DNA of 64,000 bases from Thiotrichales bacterium (GTDB lineage Bacteria; Pseudomonadota; Gammaproteobacteria; UWMA-0217). Below are positions 32,850-42,281 of this stretch, in pieces; positions within the stretch are counted from its first letter, which is position 1; each line of letters begins with the position of its first letter. Made by a program: the position numbers and the translations under genes. The stretch is taken from NCBI GenBank assembly GCA_050329935.1, contig JBHJOI010000027.1, positions 15,270-79,269 of the forward strand, in the 5' to 3' direction. The notes under the pieces are model-generated. The model was not told where the DNA came from. It made no database searches and worked only from the letters and a program-made list of their open reading frames with translations.

Positions 32850-34625
32850 GTGTGCGGTATTTGCGGAGAGTTAAGGTTCGATGGCGCGGTACCCGATCTC
32901 GGGGTCGTGCGCGGCATGCTGTCTCGACTCGAGCGACGTGGGCCCGACGACGAGGGTATCTATGCCCAGGCGCCCGTCGTGCTCGGGCATCGTCGACTCT
33001 CGATCATCGATCTCAGTCCGCGCTCGCACCAGCCCATGGTCGATCCGGCGGCAGGATTGGCCATCGTGTTTAACGGGACAATCTATAACTATCGCGAGTT
33101 ACGGGCGAAGTTGTTGGCGTTGGGGCATCGCTTCACGTCGGAGGGTGATACCGAAGTCATCTTGCGTGCCTACGCACAGTGGGGCGTCGATTGCGTCGAG
33201 CATCTGGTGGGCATGTTTGCCTTCGCGATCTGGAACTTGCGGCAGGAGACCTTGTTTCTGGCGCGTGATCGACTCGGCATCAAGCCGCTCTATTTCTCCG
33301 AAACCCGCGCGTGCTTTCGCTTTGCTTCGAATACGCAAGCCTTGCTCGCCGCCGGGGACGTCGACACGGGCATTGATGTGGCGGCGTTGCATCACCTGTT
33401 CACCCTGCATGCCGTGGTCCCGGCGCCGAGAACCATTTTGCGCGGAATCCGCAAGCTTGAGCCCGCGCATACCCTGCAAATCGACCGCAACGGACGGGTC
33501 ACTCGACGCCGCTATTGGTCGCTCGATGCTCGTCGGCCAATGGTCGCGCTGACAGACGACGAGTGGCGCGAGCGGATTCACGCGGCGCTCAAGCGCGCGG
33601 TGCAACGACGCCTTGCGGCGGCGGACGTACCCGTTGGGGTGTTGCTTTCGGGTGGGCTGGATTCCAGTCTGCTGGTGGCGCTTCTGGCCGAGCAAGGGGT
33701 GGCGGATCTCAAGACATTCACGGTTGGGTTCGAGGATCAGCCGGAAGAAAAGGGTAGCGAGTTTGAGTTCTCGGACCCGGTCGCCGAGCGTTATGCGACC
33801 GATCATCACCGTTTTCATGTTCCGAATGCGGATGTGTTGCGGCGTTTGCCCGAGGCGTTCGCGCAGATGGCCGAGCCGATGTTCGCGCAGGACGCGGTGG
33901 CATTCTATCTGCTGGCGGAGCAGGTTTCGCGACACGTCAAGGTTGTGCAGTCGGGGCAGGGCGCGGACGAGGTATTCGCGGGCTATTTCTGGTACCCGCA
34001 CATGCACTCGGCAACCGAACAAACCGCGTTGGAACGATTCGCGCCGCGTTATTTCGATCGGACCCACGCGGAGTTCGCCGAGTTGATCGCACCGGCATAT
34101 CGCGGTGAGGACTTCACGTCGACACTGATTCGCGAGCGGCTGAATTCGGCCAAGGCGGAAAGTTTCATCGACGCGGTGCTGCATCTCGATGTGACGACGT
34201 TGATTGTCGATGATCCGGTCAAGCGGGTGGACAATATGACCATGGCCTGGGGTCTCGAAGCGCGGGTGCCATTTCTCGACCACGAGCTGGTTGAACTCGC
34301 GGCGAGTATGCCGCCCGAGCTCAAGCTCGCGGAAGGCGGCAAGGGAATTCTCAAGCAGATCGCGCGACCCTTGCTACCCGCGGCGGTGATCGATCGGCCG
34401 AAGGGTTACTTCCCGATGCCCGCACTTAAATACGTGCGCGGCGAGTTTCTGGATTTCATGCGGGATCTGCTCGATTCGCAGCGATGCCGTGAGCGCGGAC
34501 TCTATCAGCGAGCGTACGTGGAGACGTTACTCGCCACGCCCGATGGCTATCACACGCCGATCAAGGGCAACAAGCTCTGGCACCTCGCCGCGCTTGAGTT
34601 GTGGTTGCAGCTGCAGGGGCTATGA
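32850..34625 (+). CDS. Asparagine synthetase (glutamine-hydrolysing) family, class II Ntn-amidotransferase
   Basis: The Ntn glutaminase domain requires Cys at position 2, which places the start at GTG 32850 (V-CGICGEL); the ORF-track start 32646 would add 68 residues. PP-loop SGGLDSS in the synthetase domain, 591 aa. The true substrate cannot be inferred. Confidence 0.8.
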   Translation: MCGICGELRFDGAVPDLGVVRGMLSRLERRGPDDEGIYAQAPVVLGHRRLSIIDLSPRSHQPMVDPAAGLAIVFNGTIYNYRELRAKLLALGHRFTSEGDTEVILRAYAQWGVDCVEHLVGMFAFAIWNLRQETLFLARDRLGIKPLYFSETRACFRFASNTQALLAAGDVDTGIDVAALHHLFTLHAVVPAPRTILRGIRKLEPAHTLQIDRNGRVTRRRYWSLDARRPMVALTDDEWRERIHAALKRAVQRRLAAADVPVGVLLSGGLDSSLLVALLAEQGVADLKTFTVGFEDQPEEKGSEFEFSDPVAERYATDHHRFHVPNADVLRRLPEAFAQMAEPMFAQDAVAFYLLAEQVSRHVKVVQSGQGADEVFAGYFWYPHMHSATEQTALERFAPRYFDRTHAEFAELIAPAYRGEDFTSTLIRERLNSAKAESFIDAVLHLDVTTLIVDDPVKRVDNMTMAWGLEARVPFLDHELVELAASMPPELKLAEGGKGILKQIARPLLPAAVIDRPKGYFPMPALKYVRGEFLDFMRDLLDSQRCRERGLYQRAYVETLLATPDGYHTPIKGNKLWHLAALELWLQLQGL

Positions 34626-34754
34626 CGCTCGATGCGGGTGGGCTTGGCGCTGTTTATTCAGGAAAAGGCCGCGAATATCAGGGGTTGTCCTGCTTACGCT
34701 GGCGGAACGCGTAAACTCGGCGCTTAAAATTCAGATAGTGCGAGGTGAATGCTG

Positions 34755-35081
34755 ATGGATGTCTTGGACCGTATCAAAGAACAGGTCGAATCCAATCCGG
34801 TCGTGATTTATATGAAGGGCACGCCGCAATTTCCGATGTGCGGATTTTCGGCGCGGGCGTCCCAGGCACTGAAGGATTGCGGCGTCGAGTTCGCATACGT
34901 CAATGTGCTGGCCGATCCCGAGATTTTCGAGAATCTGCCGCGTTTCGCCGACTGGCCCACGTTCCCGCAGGTTTACATCAACGGCGAGTTGGTGGGGGGT
35001 TGCGACATCACGCTGGAACTGCATCAGCGCGGTGAACTCAAGGGCATGATGGAAGCGGCGGCCAAGTCCTCCGCGATTTAA
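34755..35081 (+). CDS. grxD: Grx4-family monothiol glutaredoxin
   Basis: CGFS active site; MDVLDRIKEQVESNPVVIYMKGTPQFPMCGFS aligns with E. coli GrxD. GAGGTG Shine-Dalgarno 6 nt upstream of this ATG. Confidence 0.92.
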   Translation: MDVLDRIKEQVESNPVVIYMKGTPQFPMCGFSARASQALKDCGVEFAYVNVLADPEIFENLPRFADWPTFPQVYINGELVGGCDITLELHQRGELKGMMEAAAKSSAI

Positions 35082-35165
35082 TGACTCACCGAACACAAGC
35101 GCGCATCCGCCGAGGCGGTGCGCGCGGTGCTCAGACTCCAGACGCGCGATTCGGCTTCACGCCGC

Positions 35166-35812
35166 TCACCCACCGCCCATGTAGGTCGGCAGTCCGGCGC
35201 AGTTGTGCCACTGGTTGATAATCCGGCAGAACAAATCGGCGGTGATTTCCGCGTCGTAGATCGCGGAGTGCGCCTCGTCTTCGTTCCATCCCAGTTGCGC
35301 GGCCTGCGCGGCACGCGACAGCACCGTTTGCCCATAGGCCATGCCCGCGAGCGTCACCGTATCGAAGCTGCTGAACGGGTGGAAGGGGTTACGCTTGATT
35401 CCGATTCGATTCACGGCCGCGTTCAGGAAATTCAAATCGAATGCCGCGTTATGGCCGACCAAGATCGCGCGCGTGCAATCGTGCGCCTTCACTTCCTTGC
35501 GCAGGATCCGGAAAATGCCGTTCAAGGCGTCTTCCTCGGTCAGCGCGATTCTTAGCGGATGGTTCGGATCGATGCCGTTGACTTTCAGCGACGCGGGTTC
35601 GAGGTTGGCGCCGGGAAACGGTTTGATATGGTGAGTGAGGGTTTCGTGGCGCGACAGGTAACCCTTCGCGTCCATGCGTAAAGTGACCGCCGCGATCTGC
35701 AACAAGGCGTCGGTTTGCGGGTTGAAGCCGCCGGTTTCGACATCCACCACGACGGGTAGAAAGCCTCGGAAGCGGTTGCCGATCGGATAAAAGTCAAGGC
35801 GTTCATTCATAT
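35166..35812 (-). CDS. rnt: Ribonuclease T
   Basis: [30 protein letters not shown]... aligns with E. coli RNase T ([20 protein letters not shown]); DEDDh exonuclease motifs. Start moved to M95 of the ORF-track ORF, 214 aa. Confidence 0.9.
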
Positions 35813-36117
35813 ATTCAATCGCGTTCACAAGCGCGTGAACAGGTGCGTCCCAAAACTCTAGTGTACGGTAAAACGAACATCGGGGGAGGGCGCCGATGGC
35901 CGGAGCGAGTGCGATGGCGCGAGGAATCGACGACGACAGCTTAACAAAAGTTGACTTAGAATCGAGGCAATCGGGGTGGGCGCTGGCAGATCGAACCTTT
36001 TCTGGTACCATCGCGCCCATCCAATAGTAACTATTAATTTTATTAATGCTCGCCGCGCAAGCGATGAATTCATCCCTATCGGGGCGTGCCAATCAGACAA
36101 CGGCGGTAAGCAAGGCG

Positions 36118-38781
36118 ATGAATGCGGTAACACAACCCCAGGATCATGATGCGCAAGAAACACAGGAGTGGATCGAAGCGCTGGAGGCGGTCATCAAGCA
36201 TGAAGGGATCGAGCGCGCGCACTACCTGTTGGAGCGGCTGGTTGATCAAGCGCGACGGTCCGGTGCCAATCTGCCTTACTCCGCGAATACGGCCTACGTC
36301 AACACCATCCCGCCACACCTCGAGGTGCCGCATCCCGGTGATCACGCGATGGAGCGCCGCATTCGTTCGTTGATTCGCTGGAACGCATTGGCGATGGTGG
36401 TGCGCGCAAATCGCAAGAGCAGCGAACTGGGCGGGCATATCGCGACCTTTGCCTCGGCGGCAACCCTGTATGACGTCGGCTTCAATCATTTCTGGCGCGC
36501 CGCGAGCCACGAACACGGCGGCGACCTGATTTACTTTCAAGGGCATTCGGCACCGGGGACTTATGCCCGCGCGTTTCTTGAGGGTCGCGTCAGCGAGGCA
36601 CAACTTGAGCTGTTTCGGCAGGAAGTGGATGGTGGCGGCCTGTCCTCTTATCCGCATCCCTGGCTGATGCCTGAACTTTGGCAGTTTCCGACCGTTTCGA
36701 TGGGCCTTGGCCCGATCAAGGCGATCTACCAGGCACGTTTCATGAAGTACCTCCAGGATCGCGGTCTCGCCGACACACGCGATCGCAAGGTGTGGTGCTT
36801 CATTGGCGACGGCGAGGTCGACGAGCCGGAAACCCTCGGCGCGATTTCGCTCGCCGCGCGCGAAAAGCTCGATAACCTGATCTGGGTCGTGAACTGCAAT
36901 CTGCAGCGCCTCGACGGTCCGGTGCGTGGAAACGGCAAGATCATCCAGGAGCTGGAGGCCGTGTTCCGGGGCGTGGGCTGGAATGTCCTTAAGGTCATCT
37001 GGGGATCGTACTGGGATCCGCTGTTCACGCTCGATCACGACGGACTGCTGCGGCAGCGGATGATGGAGGCGGTCGACGGCGAGTACCAAAACTACAAGTC
37101 GCGCGATGGCGCCTTCGTGCGCGAGCACTTTTTCGGCAAGTATCCCGAGTTGAAGGCCCGTGTGGCGAAGATGTCGGATGCCGACATCTGGCGTCTCAAT
37201 CGTGGCGGTCACGATCCCCACAAGGTTTATGCGGCCTACCATGCGGCGGTGAATCACAAGGGGCAACCAACCGTCATTCTGGCGAAGACCGTGAAGGGCT
37301 ATGGCATGGGTTCCGCCGGCGAGGCTCAGAACCGCACGCATTCGCAGAAAAAACTCGACGAAGAGCAACTGATCGCGTTCAAGAATCGATTCAATATTCC
37401 GTTGTCCGACGCCGACGCGGCCGCCGCGAAATTCTGTCGGCCGGCTGACGATAGCCCTGAGATCCGCTACCTGCTGGAGCGCCGTAAACAGCTCGGGGGC
37501 TTTATTCCGCAGCGCAAGCAACTCGCGGCGCCACTCGAGGTGCCGGCGCTGTCCGAGTTTGGGTCGCTGCTCGAGGATACCGGCGAGCGCGAGATGTCCA
37601 CGACGATGGCTTTCGTGCGACTGCTCACGATCCTGGCCCGAGACAAGAAAATCGGCAAGAACATCGTCCCCATCGTGCCGGATGAGGCGCGCACCTTTGG
37701 CATGGAGGGCATGTTTCGTCAGCTCGGCATTTACTCTTCGGTGGGGCAGCTCTATACGCCGCAGGACAAGGAGCAGGTGATGTTCTACAAGGAGGACAAA
37801 TCCGGTCAGATCCTGGAAGAAGGCATCAACGAGGCCGGCGCGTTTTCGTCCTGGATTGCTGCCGGCACCGCCTACAGCAATCACGGCGTGAACATGATTC
37901 CGTTCTACATCTACTACTCGATGTTCGGATTCCAGCGCATCGGCGATCTCGCGTGGGCCGCGGGCGATTCGCGTACCCGGGGATTCCTGCTGGGCGGCAC
38001 GGCGGGTCGGACCACGCTCGCCGGCGAAGGCTTGCAGCACCAGGACGGGCACAGTCTGGTGTTGGCGGCGATGATTCCCAACTGCATTGCCTACGACCCG
38101 ACGTTCAACTACGAGTTGGTCGTCATCATCCAGGATGGCCTGCGGCGGATGTTTCTCGAACAGCAGAGCTGCTACTACTACATCACGGTGATGAATGAGA
38201 ACTACCATCATCCCGCAATGCCCGAAGGTTCGGCGGAGGGCATCATCAAGGGGCTCTATCGGTTCAAGACCGGTGGCGAATACCCGCAACGGGTGCAATT
38301 GTTGGGCTCCGGCGCGATCTTGCGAGAAGTGATCGCGGCGGCCGAATTGCTTGAAAGCGAATGGTCGGTGTCGGCCGATATCTGGAGCGCGACCAGCTTC
38401 TCCGAGCTGCAACGTGACGGGATGGACTGCGAGCGTTGGAACTTGCTGCACCCGGAGGGTCCGCCACGCGTGCCCTATGTTACGCGGATGTTGCGCGACC
38501 AGCCGGGTCCGGTGATCGCGGCGAGCGATTACGTCAAGGCCCATGCGGATCAGATTCGCGGTTTCGTTCCGGCCCGCTATGCCGTGCTGGGTACCGACGG
38601 TTTCGGGCGCAGCGACACGCGGGCTGCCTTGCGCCGGCATTTTGAGGTCAATCGACACTATATCGTACTGGCGGCGTTAAAGGCGCTGGTGGATGAGCAA
38701 GCTATTCCGGCCGCGAAGGTTGCTCAGGCCATCGAGCGCTACGGCATCGACGTAAACAAGATCAACCCGCTGCACGCTTGA
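36118..38781 (+). CDS. aceE: Pyruvate dehydrogenase E1 component (homodimeric AceE type)
   Basis: 887 aa from this start. ETQEWIEALEAVIKHEGIERAHYLLERLVDQARR aligns with the E. coli AceE N-terminus; ThDP-binding GDGE motif. Alternative upstream starts at 36046 and 36064. Confidence 0.93.
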   Translation: MNAVTQPQDHDAQETQEWIEALEAVIKHEGIERAHYLLERLVDQARRSGANLPYSANTAYVNTIPPHLEVPHPGDHAMERRIRSLIRWNALAMVVRANRKSSELGGHIATFASAATLYDVGFNHFWRAASHEHGGDLIYFQGHSAPGTYARAFLEGRVSEAQLELFRQEVDGGGLSSYPHPWLMPELWQFPTVSMGLGPIKAIYQARFMKYLQDRGLADTRDRKVWCFIGDGEVDEPETLGAISLAAREKLDNLIWVVNCNLQRLDGPVRGNGKIIQELEAVFRGVGWNVLKVIWGSYWDPLFTLDHDGLLRQRMMEAVDGEYQNYKSRDGAFVREHFFGKYPELKARVAKMSDADIWRLNRGGHDPHKVYAAYHAAVNHKGQPTVILAKTVKGYGMGSAGEAQNRTHSQKKLDEEQLIAFKNRFNIPLSDADAAAAKFCRPADDSPEIRYLLERRKQLGGFIPQRKQLAAPLEVPALSEFGSLLEDTGEREMSTTMAFVRLLTILARDKKIGKNIVPIVPDEARTFGMEGMFRQLGIYSSVGQLYTPQDKEQVMFYKEDKSGQILEEGINEAGAFSSWIAAGTAYSNHGVNMIPFYIYYSMFGFQRIGDLAWAAGDSRTRGFLLGGTAGRTTLAGEGLQHQDGHSLVLAAMIPNCIAYDPTFNYELVVIIQDGLRRMFLEQQSCYYYITVMNENYHHPAMPEGSAEGIIKGLYRFKTGGEYPQRVQLLGSGAILREVIAAAELLESEWSVSADIWSATSFSELQRDGMDCERWNLLHPEGPPRVPYVTRMLRDQPGPVIAASDYVKAHADQIRGFVPARYAVLGTDGFGRSDTRAALRRHFEVNRHYIVLAALKALVDEQAIPAAKVAQAIERYGIDVNKINPLHA

Positions 38782-38797
38782 GGACGAGGAAGCCATC

Positions 38798-40075
38798 ATG
38801 ACGATGAAAGAGATTCTCGTACCCGATATCGGGAACTTCGGCGAGGTTGAGATCATTGAGGTACTGGTCAAGCCCGGCGACCAGATCGCGGCCGAGGATT
38901 CCCTGATCACGCTTGAGTCCGACAAGGCCTCGATGGAGATTCCGTCGAGCGACGCGGGCGTGGTCAAGGCGCTCAAGGTCAAAGTCGGCGATCGCGTCTC
39001 GCGGGGCAGCCCGATCGTGGTGCTGGAAGTCGGTGACGGCGCGTTGACCAGTGCGGCGCCGGCGCCGCTGTCGCCGCCACCGCCATCGATCGTCACGCCG
39101 GCCGCGACACCTGCGGCGACGTCAGCCGCGACTCCGCCGCCAAGACCATCCCCGACCGCCCAGATCGACGAGATTAAGTTCGTCGCTGCCTATGCCAGTC
39201 CGTCGATCCGTCGCTTTGCGCGCGAGCTCGGCGTGGATCTCGGACGCGTTCAGGGTTCAGGGCGCAAGGGGCGGATCCTGAAGGAGGACGTGCAGGGGTA
39301 TGTCAAACTGGCATTGACCCAGGGCATCGGCGGCGGTCTTGCTGTGGCCCCGCTGCCGGAGATCGATTTCAGCCAGTGGGGCGAAATCGAGACCAAGGCG
39401 CTCAGCAAGATCAATAAGCTAACCGGGCAGAATTTGCATCGCAACTGGGTAACGGTGCCGCATGTTACCCAGTTTGACGAGGCCGACATTACTGATCTCG
39501 AGGACTTTCGACGCTCGATGGCAGACGAAAGCAAGGCACGCGGCATCAAACTCACATTGCTGGCCTTTCTGATCAAGGCCGTGGTGTCCGCGCTGCGGGC
39601 CTATCCGCGTTTCAACAGCTCGTTGGATGCGACTGGCGAGTACCTGATCATGAAGAAGTATTTTCACATCGGCGTGGCGGTCGATACCCCGGATGGATTG
39701 GTCGTTCCCGTGATTCGCGATGCGGATCGCAAGAGTCTGGTCGACATCGCCGCGGAACTGGGCGAGATCAGCGAAAAGGCCCGCGCCAGGAAACTCAGGC
39801 CGCAGGACATGCAGGGTGGGTGCTTCACGATTTCGAGCCTGGGCGGTATCGGCGGCACGCAGTTCACGCCGATCGTCAACGCGCCCGAGGTGGCGATACT
39901 GGGGGTGTCGCGCTCGAAGATGCAGCCGGTTTGGAATGGGCAGGAATTCGAGCCGAGACTTATACTTCCGCTGTCGTTATCCTATGACCATCGCGTTATC
40001 GATGGCGCGGACGGCGCACGATTCACGGCCTTTTTGAACCGCGTCCTGTCCGATACCCGCCGCTTGCTGCTGTAG
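38798..40075 (+). CDS. aceF: Dihydrolipoyllysine-residue acetyltransferase E2 (single lipoyl domain)
   Basis: 425 aa. One lipoyl domain (LESDKASMEIPS), a Pro/Ala-rich linker, an E3-binding domain and a catalytic domain with DHRVIDG. Confidence 0.93.
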   Translation: MTMKEILVPDIGNFGEVEIIEVLVKPGDQIAAEDSLITLESDKASMEIPSSDAGVVKALKVKVGDRVSRGSPIVVLEVGDGALTSAAPAPLSPPPPSIVTPAATPAATSAATPPPRPSPTAQIDEIKFVAAYASPSIRRFARELGVDLGRVQGSGRKGRILKEDVQGYVKLALTQGIGGGLAVAPLPEIDFSQWGEIETKALSKINKLTGQNLHRNWVTVPHVTQFDEADITDLEDFRRSMADESKARGIKLTLLAFLIKAVVSALRAYPRFNSSLDATGEYLIMKKYFHIGVAVDTPDGLVVPVIRDADRKSLVDIAAELGEISEKARARKLRPQDMQGGCFTISSLGGIGGTQFTPIVNAPEVAILGVSRSKMQPVWNGQEFEPRLILPLSLSYDHRVIDGADGARFTAFLNRVLSDTRRLLL

Positions 40076-40106
40076 CGTCAACTCGAGTCAAGGAGCTTCT
40101 GTTCGC

Positions 40107-41831
40107 ATGGGAACGACGAATACGATTGTGGTGCCGGACATCGGTGGTTTCACGGGTGTCGAGGTCATCGAGGTTCTGGTCAAACCGGGCGACCGGATCG
40201 AGGTCGAACAGTCGTTGATCACGCTCGAGTCCGACAAGGCCAGCATGGAGGTGCCTAGCCCTGGCGCTGGCGTGGTCAAGGCCGTGCTGGTGCGAAAGGG
40301 CGACCGGGTATCGCAAGGCGATTCGATTCTGGAGCTGATGGCGGCGTCGGAGGTCGTGGCGGAAGGTTCGGTATCCGAATCCTTGACGGTTGCCGCGCCC
40401 GCGCCGAGCTCGGGTGACGAGATCAGTGCGCAAGTCGTGGTGCTGGGTTCCGGTCCCGGCGGCTATACGGCGGCATTTCGCGCCGCGGATCTTGGCAAGC
40501 AGGTCGTGTTGATCGAGCGCTTTCCGCAGATCGGTGGCGTCTGTCTCAACGTCGGTTGCATTCCCTCCAAGGCGCTGCTGCACGTGGCGGACGTGATTCG
40601 CGAGGCATCCGAGTTCGCGGATTTGGGCGTCAGTTTTGGTGCGCCGTCGATCGATACCGACCGGCTGCGCGGCCACAAGAACAAGGTTGTCGGCAAGCTG
40701 ACCGGGGGGCTCAAGCAGCTCGCGAAGCAGCGCGGGGTCAGGATTGTCCAGGGTTACGGGCGGTTCGCCAGCGCCAACACGATCACCGTAACGGGTGATG
40801 ACGGTCAATCGACCGTGGTTCGGTTCGAGCATTGCATCATCGCGGCGGGTTCGCGCGTGACGAAATTGCCGTTCATTCCGTGGGATGATCCGCGGGTGAT
40901 GGACTCGACCGATGCGCTTGAGCTTAACAGCATCCCCAAACGGATGTTGGTCATCGGCGGCGGCATCATCGGTCTCGAAATGGCGACGGTCTACCATGCG
41001 CTTGGGTCCGCGATCACGGTGGTCGAACTCACGCCGGGGTTGATGCCGGGCGCCGATCGCGATTTGATCCGAACATTCGAGAAGCTCGTTGGCAAACGGT
41101 ACGAGCGCATTTTGACCAATACCAAGGTCGCCGCGGTCACACCGAACGACGACGGTCTGAAGTGCGGTTTTGAAGGGCCTAACGGTGTTTTCGAGGATAC
41201 CTTCGATCGCGTGCTCGTCGCGATCGGTCGCAGTCCGAACGGCAAACTCATTGATGCGGAGCGTGCGGGTGTCACGGTCGACGAGCGCGGCTTCATACCG
41301 GTCGACAATCAGCAACGCACCAACGTGTCCCATATCTTCGCGATCGGCGATGTCGTCGGGCAGCCCATGCTCGCGCACAAGGCTACCCACGAAGGAAAGG
41401 TCGCCGCGGAGGTCATCGCCGGCCACAAGGCGTTTTTCGATGCGCGCACGATTCCATCGGTCGCCTATACCGACCCGGAGGTCGCATGGTGCGGTTTGAC
41501 CGAGGAGCAGGCGAAGGCGCAGGGCATCGCGTATGAAAAAGGGGCATTTCCCTGGGCGGCCAGTGGTCGCGCGCTCAGCATGGGCGCGTCGGAGGGCATG
41601 ACCAAAGTGCTGTTCGATGCCAAAACCAAGCGCGTCATCGGCGCCGGTATCATTGGCAAGAATGCCGGCGAATTGATCGCCGAGGCGGTCCTTGCGCTGG
41701 AGATGGGCGCGGACATGCGGGATCTCGCGTTGACCATTCACCCTCACCCCACCCTGTCGGAAACGGTTTGTTTCGCTGCCGAAATGGCGGAAGGCACCAT
41801 CACGGATCTTTATGTGGCGAAGCGCACATAA
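40107..41831 (+). CDS. lpdA: Dihydrolipoyl dehydrogenase E3 with an N-terminal lipoyl domain
   Basis: 574 aa. Lipoyl domain in residues 1-80 (LESDKASMEVPS), Ala/Ser linker, then a canonical E3 with GSGPGGY, redox-active CLNVGCIPSK and C-terminal HPHPTLSE. Confidence 0.93.
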   Translation: MGTTNTIVVPDIGGFTGVEVIEVLVKPGDRIEVEQSLITLESDKASMEVPSPGAGVVKAVLVRKGDRVSQGDSILELMAASEVVAEGSVSESLTVAAPAPSSGDEISAQVVVLGSGPGGYTAAFRAADLGKQVVLIERFPQIGGVCLNVGCIPSKALLHVADVIREASEFADLGVSFGAPSIDTDRLRGHKNKVVGKLTGGLKQLAKQRGVRIVQGYGRFASANTITVTGDDGQSTVVRFEHCIIAAGSRVTKLPFIPWDDPRVMDSTDALELNSIPKRMLVIGGGIIGLEMATVYHALGSAITVVELTPGLMPGADRDLIRTFEKLVGKRYERILTNTKVAAVTPNDDGLKCGFEGPNGVFEDTFDRVLVAIGRSPNGKLIDAERAGVTVDERGFIPVDNQQRTNVSHIFAIGDVVGQPMLAHKATHEGKVAAEVIAGHKAFFDARTIPSVAYTDPEVAWCGLTEEQAKAQGIAYEKGAFPWAASGRALSMGASEGMTKVLFDAKTKRVIGAGIIGKNAGELIAEAVLALEMGADMRDLALTIHPHPTLSETVCFAAEMAEGTITDLYVAKRT

Positions 41832-42281
41832 ACGAAATCGGCCGCTGGCCGGCTTGGCCACCCTTCGCTAAAACCGCGATTCGATTCAAGCCTTTCAGGT
41901 CTATACGCTTGGTATAACGATACGGCACTTCATTGGGCCTCGCTTCGATAAGCCGTCGCGGCGTGGTGGTACCAGCCGCGTTCGGGCGATTAGCCCCCTC
42001 GTGGTGTGCGACCCCGAAGCCGGATTGCTCCATTCCAACAGCTTTACGACGATTGTCGGCGTGAGCGTATCGAGGCAAGGGGGCGATACGCTTTTACGCG
42101 GGAAACTTTGAATTCGGCGTCTTCTCGTCCGAAATGACGTATGGCGCTGTGGCCCCAAGTGGTTGTGCTTCGCGAGCGCGGTAAATTATAGAATTGGAAG
42201 TTCTGCGGAGCTGGCTAAACAAGTCGGTTACCGGACAATTCCAAATGAACCACGGAAAAATAACAAAAATTGTGGGGACGT

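Noticed and set aside
36076-38658. 860-aa antisense ORF inside aceE, and similar long antisense ORFs inside lpdA (40023..41861, 612 aa), murF (10624..12357, 577 aa), ftsI (7581..8732), murC (16606..17610), ddl (18081..19109), the asnB-like gene (33099..34283), secA (26928..27878), mraY (12427..13431) and rsmH (5897..6865)
   Set aside because: All lie opposite genes with clear homology. Their translations are Arg/Ala/Pro/Gly-rich with no recognisable domains. Long stop-free antisense frames are an expected by-product of GC3-rich codon usage.
41900-42060. Possible tRNA-like segment (GGGCGATTAGCCCCCTCGTGG...) in the lpdA-GMC intergenic region
   Set aside because: It cannot be folded into a cloverleaf with acceptor stem and T-loop GTTC-like consensus; no anticodon arm is apparent.
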